Source of the DNA: Epithemia pelagica
Lineage: Eukaryota > Protista > Bacillariophyta
DNA: 64,000 nucleotides
Direction of reading: 5' to 3'
NCBI GenBank assembly: GCA_946965045.2
Contig: OX337235.1
Location: forward strand, 124,001-188,000
Of the stretch, positions 26,573 through 38,900 are shown in pieces. Each line of letters begins with the position of its first letter. Within the stretch, counting starts at the first letter, position 1. The notes below the pieces were generated by a model that ran no database searches, had not been told where the DNA came from, and saw only the letters and a program-made list of their open reading frames with translations. The position numbers were made by a program, and so were the translations under genes.

Positions 26573-29303
26573 GGTCACAACAACTTCAATGGGGGAGAAG
26601 ATGATGAATGATGCAAGCGAACCGTGCAATGTAGCAACGTGCTCGGAGAATAGGAGAAGATGTTTGATGGAACTAGCCGTTGCGGACTTGAAAGTAGCAG
26701 TATATCACGTCCTCCTTGAGTTTTATGGTCGTTCAATGACTCTCTTCTTCGTTGTCTCTTGTCCACACTACTTGTTTCGTTACTGCGCAAGAACCGCGAG
26801 AAAAGAAGACCCAGAAACTGAACGAAAACGTTCGATAATGTCGACAAACCGTAGCAAAAACTCGCTCGATGCAGACCACAAAAAGTGAGAAAGAAAATTT
26901 AATGTGTCCGCGGATTGCAGATGGCTTTTCGATTGTCGTCACACAGATTACCACGTCCACTGGCAAAACTGTTGGGTATCGAGTCGTGACAACGACGGTC
27001 GAGTTTGTCCCGGTCTCCTAAGTATCTGTCGAAACGACAGTTGGAGTCTCTAACCAGGCACGCAGTTCGCCAGATTTGTCGCTCCGTAGTGTGGAACGAA
27101 GTCCCTAAGTACTCTCGGAGTGGGAGTCAAACCGACCATTACTATGGATTCATCTCTACTGAGCCGGTCGGATCACGACTGGAACAGCGTGTCAATCATC
27201 CAATATCCGGCGTGCATCGCGCGTGGCGGCGAACCCAACCATTCCGGACCTGCCTTTACTTCATATTGTATCGAATGCGATTCTTGCCAAGAATCACAAT
27301 TTCGGCCAGTTGCACTTCTACAAGATCCACTCGATACTGGTCCTCTGTTTCTTCCAGGGGGCAGAAGCAACAAGACCGAAACTTTCCGTAAAGGAAAGCA
27401 AAACTATAAGGACGAAATCTCTTGTCCAAATTCGAGGTCCTTTTCTTACAGGACTCGCGGGGCAGAAACCACGCGCTTCCTTCTCTCGGTGGGGTTGCCC
27501 TTCTCAAACCAAGACGGAACCCTTCTCAAAGAGGCTCTGTTCCTTGACACGACCCGCATCCAACACCACCAAACACCAAACCAAAACAAAAAACCGCCAC
27601 AACAATTTTGTGTGTCTGCAATGCAACAACTGGAGTATTCGTGGCCATGCTGGTTGGTTGTTGGTTTGTTGCGACCGCCATGACAGAGTTGAGTTCTCGT
27701 CATCCAAACGTGACTCACAGGTCTTCCTCCTCCTCCTCCTCCTCCTTGTCGGCGCATGACGACAAGGGCCAAACAAAAAAGAGAGATTTCACAGCAGGGT
27801 CACGACACGGGCAACAACAACAACAATGACAGCCATCCGGAGAGGACAATCGTTGGAACGAGTGAAGCGAATCCTTATTGTCGGATCCATCGGAACCAAT
27901 GACGTTGGGGCGGATCCAAGAAAGACTTGTTTCCCAATTCAAGTCATGCAAGAACGCAACCACCATGTGGGGTTGCCAACAAACGTAAAGGATAGAGAGA
28001 GAGACCTTTGGGTGGATTGGACTCTAGGGGACCACCACCATTACAACAAAGAAAGAATTGGAATTTCGCGACACCATGACCGTGCTATTCGTTCCGACAC
28101 ACACATTGACACACACACACAAGAGAGGGATCCGACCACCACAAGGGTATATGTGGTGGAACGAACCGTAGCGTTCAATTCCGACGTGTTGTTGTTGGTG
28201 TTGGTAGAGCAGGCGGCGATGCGCGAACCCACCCAAACTTGTGTTGGAACTGTGTGTTGCCATTTTTGGTGTCGGAACGACATGAATGGGTCGAGTTCCA
28301 AGTTTCACAGTCGTACACTGTACCAATGAGAAGAATGGAACAACCAACGAACCAACCAATCATCTCTATTCTGTTCTGTTCTATTTGGCGGAGAAGAAAC
28401 GAGTGTTGTTCCTTTCAAACTCGATGGATATTTCTCTCCTTCTGTGAGACTCTGGCGTGTGTACAAGTGTGTGTGTGGGTTTGTATCCCAGGATGTGACA
28501 ACAGACGACCGCCTCCCCATTTCATTTGTCCTCATTCGAATACTACTAGAGTAGGAAGCAAAAAAGGGCTGGAATTTTCTAGTGTATGTATTGCTCGTAC
28601 AAATACTCTCCGTTGTGGCACAACACCTAGTTGACACAAACAGAGAGAAAGACGACTGACTGTGCGAAACGGTGGGTGGCTCTTTTTTTTCCTCCACCAA
28701 TCTGGAAATTACAACCATGGTCGGTGACGATTGGTTTGGAGCAAGCCTAACAGCAGTAGGGTTACGACGTGATGGGACTCTATGATACGATAGGAGGGGA
28801 GAGCGTCGAATCATACCCATATAGATTCCGACAATCCGACCGTGACTCCAATTGCATTGCCCATGATCCGTCTGTCCTTCGACCGGAAACAATCCCAAAG
28901 TACGTCAGACACGCACAGCCACTGTCACCGAGGTTCTCTTTGTAGATACTGTTGTGGATCCAACACATCTCATCCAACACATCAGTCACCAACACAACAC
29001 ATTCTCCAACAGAGACTCTAATGTTGTGTGCGTGTGAGCATCATCATCATCATCCGAGGGAAGAGATATTGAGATTTCTTGGATCCATTCGCGTGCACCG
29101 AAAGCAGTCCAACTAACCAAAACACTATTCTTGTTGTGAGGCTGGTGGAGAGGACTCTCTTGTGAGAACCGCGATTGTATCGATTCGGATCAAGGCACAA
29201 TCTTTTGTGAGCCGCCACCACCACCACAACAATCATCATCCACCAGTAGTTGTACCAAGCACGACACAGTTATCTTTCCTTTCTTTCATTCATTCCACTA
29301 CAC

Positions 29304-31631
29304 ATGAGTGCCTTGGCTTGGCCGATACGAAGCATCCTCCTCCTCTTGATGACCATGACGACGACGGTTTGGAGGACCACCTGTCGCCGGTCGTCATGGG
29401 CTCACGCCTTTGGTCCTTCCGTCAGGGTCCATCCTCATTCGTTGGTGGCGAGGAGGAGACTGGCGGTTGGGACGACAAGTCGAATACAGTCACCCGGCTT
29501 GTCGTCATGGTCGCGGAGCACGTGGAGGGCCGCAAGCAGTCTCCCCGAAACCACGACGACCACTACTACCCAAGCCACAACCACCACAACGGCGTCGCCG
29601 CGAACCTCGACTTCGTTTGACGATGGCGTCCGGCCCTTTCAAATTACCACCCCGATTTATTATGTCAATGACAAACCACACATTGGCCATGCCTATACCT
29701 CGGTTGGTACGTTGTACTTATCTATGTGTGTATATCGGTTCAACTACGGCGAGTCGGGACTCGGCCCTGGAGTGGTTCTCCGTGTGTTTTGGTGGAGGGG
29801 ATTGTGTGTGTTTTAGGAATTGTGGGCCTCAACCGTTTGTTTGGTCTTTTGTGGTTGTTGTTGTTGCTCTGGGGGTATTTGGTAAATCTTTCTCGCGTGT
29901 ATGTGTTGTTTGTGTCTTGTTTCGTTGTGTGCATGTTGGTTGTGTGACATTGCTCGTTCAACACACAGCCTGCGACGTCTTGGCTCGCTTTTGGCGGTTG
30001 GACGGCCGTCCCGTCTTTTTTGTGTCGGGGACGGACGAACATGGTCAAAAGGTGCAACAATCGGCGTACAATCGTCACATTCCACCCCAAGCCTTTTGCG
30101 ACGAAATTTCCCAATTATTCCAAGACTTGTTGCAACGCCTCAACATTTCCAATGACGTCTTTATGCGAACGACCCAAGACCATCACAAACGGGCCGCCCA
30201 ACACTTGTGGACCGTTTTGCAAGACAAGGGTTTTATTTATTTGGATACCTACAGTGGATGGTATTCCGTCCGCGACGAATGTTTTTATACCGAATCGGAA
30301 TTGGTGGATGGCAAGGCTCCGACGGGAGCCGAAGTGGAATGGGTGGCCAAGGAAGAAAGTTACTTTTTTCGACTGTCCGCCTTTCAACAACCCCTCCTCG
30401 ACTTTTACGAGGCCAATCCCGACTTTATGGCCCCCGAATCGCGACGCAACGAAGTGGTGAATTTTGTCTCGAGTGGATTGCGCGATTTGTCCATTAGTCG
30501 CACCTCCTTTGAATGGGGCGTCCCCGTCCCCAATCAACCACAAAGCGACGACGATGATGGCAGCAAACCCCATCACGTCATGTACGTGTGGATGGATGCC
30601 TTGACCAATTACTTGTCCGCCTTGGGATATCCCGACGATGCCGACGGAAAACTGGCCGAATTTTGGCCCGCGGCCTTGCATGTCGTGGGCAAGGATATTT
30701 TGCGCTTTCATGCCGTCTATTGGCCCGCCTTTTTAATGGCCGCGGACTTGCCCCTACCCAAACGACTCTTTGCCCATGGATGGTGGACCAAGGAGGGACA
30801 AAAAATCTCCAAATCACTTGGCAATGTCATTGATCCCCTCGAATTGTGTGACAAGGTATGTTGTGACTCGGGAAAACCACCGCGCGCCTCATCACTTGTG
30901 TATGTGTATGTCGGGAATGAGTTGTGCATGTCTCATATGGTTCCGGTTGCTCCTTTTTGTTTTGTTGGTGTTGCTTTTGGAATACACAGTACGGAGTCGA
31001 CCAAACCCGGTTCTTCCTCATGTCGGAAGTGGGCTTTGGCAGTGACGGAGACTTTTCGGATCAAAACATGGTATATCGGGTAAATAGCAACTTGGCCAAT
31101 GAATTGGGCAACTTGTGTCAACGCGTCCTGTCCATGATTTACAAAAACTGCCAACAGGCGGTTCCGGAACCCCTCCCCCAACTCTCGGACCAAGACGAGG
31201 CTCTATTGGCGTCGGCCGCGTCCTGTTATGGACGATGCAAGGAATTTATCTTGGAACAATCCATTCACAACCACGTCCAAGTTTTGGTCCAATTGATTCG
31301 GGATGCCAACAAATACATTGATGAACAAGCGCCCTGGTCGCTCCGAAAAACCGACCCCGCCCGAGCCGATACCGTCTTGTTTGTCTTGCTCCAAGTTTTG
31401 CGACAGGCGGCCATTTTGTATCAACCCGTCTTGACTACCTTGGCCGGACAAATGTTGGATCAATTAAAAGTTCCCGCCGACGAACGAACCTTTGACCATT
31501 TGGACCTAGACGAGTATCAAATTCAACCGGGGACACCCATTGACAAACCACAAGGGATTTTCCCCCGGTTGGAGCTTCCAACGACCACCGAGGATGACGG
31601 CGACACGAGCAAAAAAGCCAAGAAAAACTAA
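29304..31631 (+). CDS. metG: Methionyl-tRNA synthetase, organellar type; exons 29304-29706, 29969-30855, 30990-31631
   Basis: ITTPIYYVNDKPHIGHAY (HIGH), GTDEHGQK, YVWMDALTNY, VVGKDILRFH, KISKSLGN (KMSKS-like) and NELGNL motifs. Two GT-AG introns give in-frame joins. N-terminal targeting-like extension. Confidence 0.95.
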
Positions 31632-32082
31632 GCCATGATTTCTCAAGAGTATCCGCAGAAAGTGAGAATCCTCTTGTCCAGACAGATGACAAAAATAAAG
31701 GAGATCTTTCTCCCACACACACCTTTTTGGACGGGTGGTGTTTACAGGTCGCAATGCCTCACACTGATATATCTACACTCGTTCCTCTTGAGACATGTGT
31801 GTGTTGTATCATAGAAAATCTTACATTCTAGCCTATAGCAAAACAATATCCATTTCCAACCGGCGTGATGCCTCTTGTTTCGTTCTCTCCCATGAACTAG
31901 TTCGAGATTTGTGGGTCATTTCATTGCGCAGAAACGGCCTAGGAAAACAAATAGAGAGGTCCATTGTGTGGTATATGTATATCTAATAGTGTAGCTTTAT
32001 CTTGTCTTGTTGATCTTGATCTTCTTCTTTCATGTTGTTAGTATTCCAAACTGGTTTATTCTTGGCATCCCATTGTACAAAA

Positions 32083-32087
<5 letters not shown>

Positions 32088-32129
<42 letters not shown>

Positions 32130-32137
32130 TCTCTCTC
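32088..32137 (+). repeat. (CT)n microsatellite
   Basis: About 25 CT units with one interruption. Confidence 0.95.
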
Positions 32138-32248
32138 GTGGGAGCATATTAAACTCTCTCTTGCCGATTTCTGGTGTATCAGGCTAACACACGTCTTGTT
32201 GTCGTTGGCGTTGTTGTTGTCGTGTCTGTGTCTGTGTTGTTGTTGTTC

Positions 32249-34957
32249 TTATTCTTGAATGGGCTCCACTCCCAACTCGTTTGGGTGGGACCCCTTGTCC
32301 TTGCCGTTGTGTTGTGGTGGTGGTTGTGGGAGCAAGGGTTGAGACTCGGACGACACGGGATTGGCTGTCGTGGGTTTGTACACGACGGCAAAGGTTCCGA
32401 CAATGACGAGGGCATTGCCCATCCATCCCATCCATCCGGGCAAGGCACTCACGCCCATGAGACAGGCCAAGAGTTCGGCCACGACAGGTTCCATGAGAGC
32501 CGCGACGGAAATGACGAGGGCATCAAAATATTGCATGGCTCGGACATAACCCATGGCCCCCAAGACATTGCAGACCACGACCAAAACGACTTCAAGGGGA
32601 AACCGATCCCAGGCTTGGATATGCAACCACCCAAAGGCACCGTGATTGATATGACGATCGAGGGTAATGCGGGTTCCCGAAAACCAATAGGCCATGAGGA
32701 GGGAATAAATGGCTGTTTGAAACATGTTGAGAAACATGAAGACATAGACATTCATTTGACTTCGAACACTCTTGGCCGAAACAATGTAAACGGCACCACC
32801 CAAGGCGGACAAGAGGGCCAAGCCATCGCCCATGAGGGTCGAGTAATTACTGGAGGAGGACGATGTGTCGTCGTCGGTCGCATTGGATTCGGACGAATCC
32901 TTGGAACAACACAGGGCGCCCAAAAAGGCAATGAGAGCACCGAGTGTTTCCAGGGGTGTCACGGCATGACCCACGACAAATTTACCCACCAACAAGAGTA
33001 GGGATTGAGAATTGCCCAAAATGACGGCATTGCCGACCGTCGTATAGTCCAAGGCCAAGCCAAAACACACGACAAAAATGGTATACGTAAAGGCGGTCAC
33101 ACCCAAACGAATGGCCTGTTGCAACCACTGCAACCACCAAGCATCATCATCCTTAGTTTCTTGTTTGTCGTCGTCTGGTCCAGTAGGATTGGTCTTGTTG
33201 TTCTTCTTCTTCTTTTGTGACTGTTCTGGTTCTGGTTGTTGTGGAGAGGAACCCCAGAGTCCATGATAGAGAGCAAAGGGGAACAAAAAGAGGGCCGTCC
33301 CGGCCGCCTTCCAGGAAACCTTGAGAATGGCGGGCACATCGTGTTGCAATTGCAACAAGGGTCCGACGGCCGATAAACTCAAGACGGCCGACAGCAACAA
33401 CAAGTAGGCCGACACTGGAATACCGTCATTGTCAATGTGGGCCCCCCACAAGGACGAATCGTTGGAATCCAAACTCGAGGCATCCTCCTCATCATCCTCA
33501 TCATGGGAGGCAGGTGGTTCCGCCGTGTCGTTGGAAGGCATTTCATGCGAATCGGTCCACCGAATGGACGAGGGCGTTCCGGCCGTAAAATACTCGTATA
33601 CGGAGGAGGGTGGTGGCGGAATATTGGTGGAACCTTGGTCCTCCTCGTCTTGAGTCGTGTTGGTAAAAATCAAGGAAGCGGACGACGCTTGTCGTTGCGT
33701 TGCACCCAATCGAAAGGGAGACCATTGCCAGGGCGATTCGGGTGGTGGTGGTGGTGGTACTGGTGCTTGTTGTGGCTGAGAGAGTGTTGTTGTGATGGCA
33801 GCAGCAGGCGATGCACTTTTGACGGAGGAACTACTGCGACGATGATGAATACGACGGTTGGATCGTCTTCTCCAACTGGTATTGGCCCACGACAAGGGGG
33901 AATTCATCAGAGACGGACGTTGTGATTGGTGGTGCTTTCCCGTCGTCAGGAGGGGCGTTTGACTGGTGCGACTGCGTCGATGATGATGATGCTGTTGGTG
34001 TTGTGCGGCGACACTGGGTCGATGCGTCGTGGCCCAACCACCAGCAGCACCACTGGTACTGACAACGCTCATGCTATGACTGTGGCGATGATGAGCATGA
34101 CGATGTGCCGGATGTGGTAGTGGACTGGCTGCTGCCGCAGCGGCATCGACGACATCGCCCGGCAAAATGGACAGGTTGCGGGCCAGACCCATTTCCAAAA
34201 ACAAGAACGGAGTATTCGTCTCGGCGGCTGGTTCTTCTGGTGGTTGCGTCAGGGGTGGTGGGTAATGATGATGAGCAGAGGAGGATCCCACGGAGGAGGG
34301 AGCTGGACTATTACTGTTGCTACTGTGGGGAATACTCGTAGGATCTTCTTCTTGTTGTTGTTGTAGTGGTGCTTCGGGGACGGTCGTGGCCGCCGCGGCC
34401 TGTTGCAATTCTTCGACCAAGCCATGATGCAAGGTTTCCACTTCTTGAACGACAGCATGAGACACACCCCGTGCCACATCCACGACAATCGATGACAGCG
34501 ATACCGTATGACGATGTCGATGACGACCACCAGGATTATTGTTATTATTGGTGTGGTTGGCAGTATTGTTGGTCAAGGGTGGTACCACGGACGACGCCAT
34601 GGTACTCGTACTAGAAGAAGTCGTCGTAGCATTTCGACTGCTGGCACTCTTGGCACCCAAGGGAGGACGACGTCCCGGTCCCGTGGAGGAAAAGGATTGG
34701 AGACTCCGCATGGACGTAAACAACAATCCCAAAGTGGTGGACGACGACGACGAGGCAACCGTATCCCGTCGAGGAGGCATGCCCCGTCGTGAGGTGGTGT
34801 CGTTGTCGTCCGTAGTGGTGCCTCCATAATGATTAGTATTCGAGGAGGTAGAATTGGCGGTCTCCATCAAGGGCTCTTGTTCCGAACCAACAGCCTCTTC
34901 CACATCATTTCCCTTTGTTTGAGATCCATTCGTTGCGTCAGCCGGTGGCGACGACAT
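32249..34957 (-). CDS. EamA/DMT-family transporter with long low-complexity N-terminus
   Basis: About ten hydrophobic helices in the C-terminal ~380 aa (ALDYTTVGNAVILGNSQ; SVAALMEPVVA). Ser/Thr/His/Pro-rich N-terminus. Probable ATG at 34957. Confidence 0.85.
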   Translation of the reverse strand: MSSPPADATNGSQTKGNDVEEAVGSEQEPLMETANSTSSNTNHYGGTTTDDNDTTSRRGMPPRRDTVASSSSSTTLGLLFTSMRSLQSFSSTGPGRRPPLGAKSASSRNATTTSSSTSTMASSVVPPLTNNTANHTNNNNNPGGRHRHRHTVSLSSIVVDVARGVSHAVVQEVETLHHGLVEELQQAAAATTVPEAPLQQQQEEDPTSIPHSSNSNSPAPSSVGSSSAHHHYPPPLTQPPEEPAAETNTPFLFLEMGLARNLSILPGDVVDAAAAAASPLPHPAHRHAHHRHSHSMSVVSTSGAAGGWATTHRPSVAAQHQQHHHHRRSRTSQTPLLTTGKHHQSQRPSLMNSPLSWANTSWRRRSNRRIHHRRSSSSVKSASPAAAITTTLSQPQQAPVPPPPPPESPWQWSPFRLGATQRQASSASLIFTNTTQDEEDQGSTNIPPPPSSVYEYFTAGTPSSIRWTDSHEMPSNDTAEPPASHDEDDEEDASSLDSNDSSLWGAHIDNDGIPVSAYLLLLSAVLSLSAVGPLLQLQHDVPAILKVSWKAAGTALFLFPFALYHGLWGSSPQQPEPEQSQKKKKNNKTNPTGPDDDKQETKDDDAWWLQWLQQAIRLGVTAFTYTIFVVCFGLALDYTTVGNAVILGNSQSLLLLVGKFVVGHAVTPLETLGALIAFLGALCCSKDSSESNATDDDTSSSSSNYSTLMGDGLALLSALGGAVYIVSAKSVRSQMNVYVFMFLNMFQTAIYSLLMAYWFSGTRITLDRHINHGAFGWLHIQAWDRFPLEVVLVVVCNVLGAMGYVRAMQYFDALVISVAALMEPVVAELLACLMGVSALPGWMGWMGNALVIVGTFAVVYKPTTANPVSSESQPLLPQPPPQHNGKDKGSHPNELGVEPIQE

Positions 34958-35964
34958 GTTGATGATAGGGACAATCGAGGAGCCACAGAATCGGACTCGT
35001 TCTACTATAGAGGAGAAAAAGCAATCCAAGAAAGCACACTCGGCTCGGTGAGAACCAAGGAACGATAACTCCTACAAGCAAACAAGCGAGCACCGCAACC
35101 AAACAACAAAGGAACGTACGGAATGGAAGGGGTGTTGCTAGAGCTTGTTTTCTCGATCGATCGATCCAAACCAAACAAACACAAAAGTGTATCTGGTCGT
35201 CCCGTAAACTCTTCTTTTTTGTCTCTGTCCTCTCTTTTTCTTTTCTTTGTTGTGTGTGCTCACCTCTCTCTCGAGACAATCCAAAACGAATCGATGGCTT
35301 CTCTCAACGCATGAAAAAGACAAAAAACAGAATGAAGAATGGGCAGATCGTCAACTCCGACGACGACACAAATAAATCATGCTATTGTAGTAGTAGGAAA
35401 AGATCCATCCGGGGGCTGCGATTTTTTTGCTGCCGACAAAGAACTACTGTCAATCCCTGACTTTTTATGGTCGCTCTTAAGTCACATAATAATAGTACGT
35501 AAAAATATATTCAAGTTTCATGTCTCTCTGCGATTCACAAGTATAGTACCGATGGGAGGTACTCAATGAGAGTGGATCGACTTGACGTCGCCCTTTGTTG
35601 GGGGCTTCCGATTCACAAGCACGGGACTCTCCGGGACCACGACTTGAGTGGATCTGTGATGGGAGAATTGCAAGGCTCTATTTCTCCCCCCAAGAAAAAC
35701 CACACTCGCCCAAAAAAATTCGATGCCCCCCCAAATGACCCCCCCAAAAGATTCTCCCTCGTCTCTCGTCTCCGCCGAAAAATCTTTTGCAACTCTGTAA
35801 TACGATCATAGAAAAGATACACAACGAGAGCGTTGACGTCGAGTGGTTCTCGTTTCATAATACATACTGTTGGGGAGTTGTTGACAGAGTGTGAACAGTG
35901 GAAAGAGAGAACTCAAGAGAGAGACAAGCCAGACTCTAAGCACGGTGCAATCCTCCACAGCATC

Positions 35965-38900
35965 ATGCCTACCGACAAAAGCAACAATAAGGACAACCCA
36001 CAAGAATCGCTCCAGGAGGACAAGGATGAGTCGTCCTATTGGCAAGCCTCGTCCGTATCGTCGTGGAAGCATGTGACATGTGTCTGTTTGGGAACGGGTC
36101 GTTTTTTGCGATCCGTCTTGGTTCCCATTGTAATGAAAGCGGCGCAACTGGAACAACAACACGACAATGACAACGACAGCGACAAATCTCCCGGCAGCGT
36201 GGTCTTGATTCAACCGCGCGGACGATCCTTTGTCGATTTCATGAAACAACAACACTCACAATCGCAACAATCGCAACAATCGCCAGAACATGCCGATTGT
36301 TACCCCGTCGAAACCGTCCTGTCGCCCACGGCAGATTCGTCCTCACAACCCGCTGTTCATACGGATTGGGTTCCCCTGGCCGGTGTGTTTCCGTGTTCGT
36401 CCCAGTTTTTTCAAACCTGCCTCGTTGAGTGTTGGCAGTCGTTGCAAATCATTGGTGTTGGCGTCACGGAAGCCGGGTTGGCCTCGCCACAAACGGCCGC
36501 CATGCAATTCTTGTTTCAATTGCTGTACCACCTGTATCAATGGGATACGACTACGCCACAACAAACAGCCACCAAACCCAAGAAATGGATGGTGATCAAT
36601 ACCGACAATGTACCACACAATGGAACTGTCTTGCAAGGACACATGATGGAATTGGCGCGACAATATCAACTAAAACAACAACAACCAGAGCAAGAGTCAT
36701 CCGAGCAGTCGCTGCTCGACTTTGTACAACATCGAATCGTCTTTCTAAACAGCATGGTGGATCGCATTGTCAGTGCGCATCCCGACCATCCGCACGTTCC
36801 TCGGGCCGAACCCATTCCGGCCAAGGCTCTGGTGGTCTTGGATCCGCAAAACGACTTGCCCCCCTCGTGGCCGACCCTGGCGGCCCTTGCCAACCACTTG
36901 GGCTTGGTGATTCGACACGACCCGCGCCAGTTGCAAGCCGATGTCGCCTTGAAATTGCGCATTGCCAATGGTACCCATACCGCCGTGGCGTATGCCTTGG
37001 CCCTGAGTGGCATTACCAATACGACCGCCTTGTCATCCAGTGCCATGGCCGATTGTATGACGTATCTCGACGCCTTGGTCCACCATCAAATTGTTCCGGC
37101 CATCTTGGCCGATCCATCCCTGTCGTCTGTCGTGACCCGTGACAGTGCCGTGGCCGTCTGGGAGGATTGGCGGCGTCGCTTGTGCCATGCCAGCTTTGGC
37201 ATTTCCACCTTGTTTATTACCCAAAATGGACCCACCAAGGGTGGCCTTCGATTTGGTCCCACGTTGGAACAACTTGTACAAAGGTCGTCGTTGCACCCAA
37301 AACAAGAGGAATCCCCCACGCTCCAAGTCAGTTTGGCCTTTGCCGTGGCCGTCTTGTTGCACTGGTTGACGCCCGATGTGTCGTCGTTGAGTAGTACCGA
37401 GCAAGAGGACGTGCCGGAACAAGCCGTGTATCGGGGCAAATTGGTACCCTTTCAGGAAAACGACAACAACCAGGACGACAACAACCAGGACAATGACGAG
37501 AACAACGAAGATACGACTGTCACCTATGCCGATGGATTGCGTTACAATCTACGTCAAGGCTGGTACGAATACAAATGTCAGGGGTGTACTATTACTCTGA
37601 AAGGCGACGACAGTCGTGCCTTGATTCAAGTCTTGCTGGATGTGGCTCGTCACGAACAACAACAACGTACCCGGCGCCAGGCCTCGGCCTATACCGACCT
37701 GGTGAAGGCCTATGTCACGAGTCATGTCTTTCCTTCCTCCTTGCAGAGTCGTAACAGGAATGCTTGGCAACAACGAGCACTCGACGACTTTTGTCAGGCC
37801 GTGGCAACCTTGTATGCTCGGTTCCGAGCCGGAGACCAGCCACTCCACGTTTTGCACGAAATGGTCCATCCTCCCACACCAAATACGACGACAAGTGTCT
37901 TTGGGTCCCTCCAATGTCAAACGCCCTGTCATGCCTTGGTCGATGATCCTACCCATGGCAAGGCCCTTTCCTCCTTGTCAATTCGGCCCTTGTACTATCG
38001 TCCCACGGCAATTCCCAATGACAGTGCCTTGATGCACAGTCCCATTGTCACGGCCGAGGAACTCGCCCATGTCGTGGTCGCCGAAGTAGCCTCGGTCCAA
38101 GTCATTGATTTGCATACGCACTTGTTGCCCCCAGAACATGGTCCATTGTGTTTGTGGGGCATTGACGAACTTCTCACCTACCATTACCTCGTGGCGGAAT
38201 ATTTCATGACCGCCCCACCGTCCGTGACACCCGACACCTTTTTCAATACTTGGACCAAGATGCAACAAGCCGATTGCATTTGGCAAGCACTCTTTGTCGA
38301 TCGCTTACCCTTGTCCGAAGCCTGTCGTGGTGTCTTGACCACCTTGCTGGGTCTTGGATTGCAGCAAGCCGTACACGACCGGGATTTATCCGCCATTCGA
38401 GCCTTTTATCAAACCTTTCGACGCGATGGAGTAGAAGGAGCGCAACGATTTAGCAATCTCATTTTTGACACGGCCGGTGTCCAATACAATGTCATGACCA
38501 ATATTCCCTTTGAGGCCAAGGAGGCACAGTATTGGCACAACAAGACAGTCCATGACACGCAACATTACAAGTCGGCCGTCCGTGTCGACCCCTTGCTGCA
38601 GGGCGATGCAACTCTGGTCCAAGCGGCACTGTCCGCCGCTGGATATCCCACAACCTTGGAAGGAGCGCGACAGTATTTGCGGGATTGGTGTGACGTTATG
38701 AAACCGGATTATGTCATAGCTTCGACACCCCATGACTTTGTCTTGCCCGACGCGGACCAAGACCCAGCAACTGCGAGGAACAGTGGCACGAGTTCCACCA
38801 CCACCGTCAAGCGCACCAAGGCCAGTATCAATCCATCGGCCTTGCAAGAACCAGGAGCCTTTGCCCGGGCTATTTTGGAAACCACCACGGCTGTGTCGGC

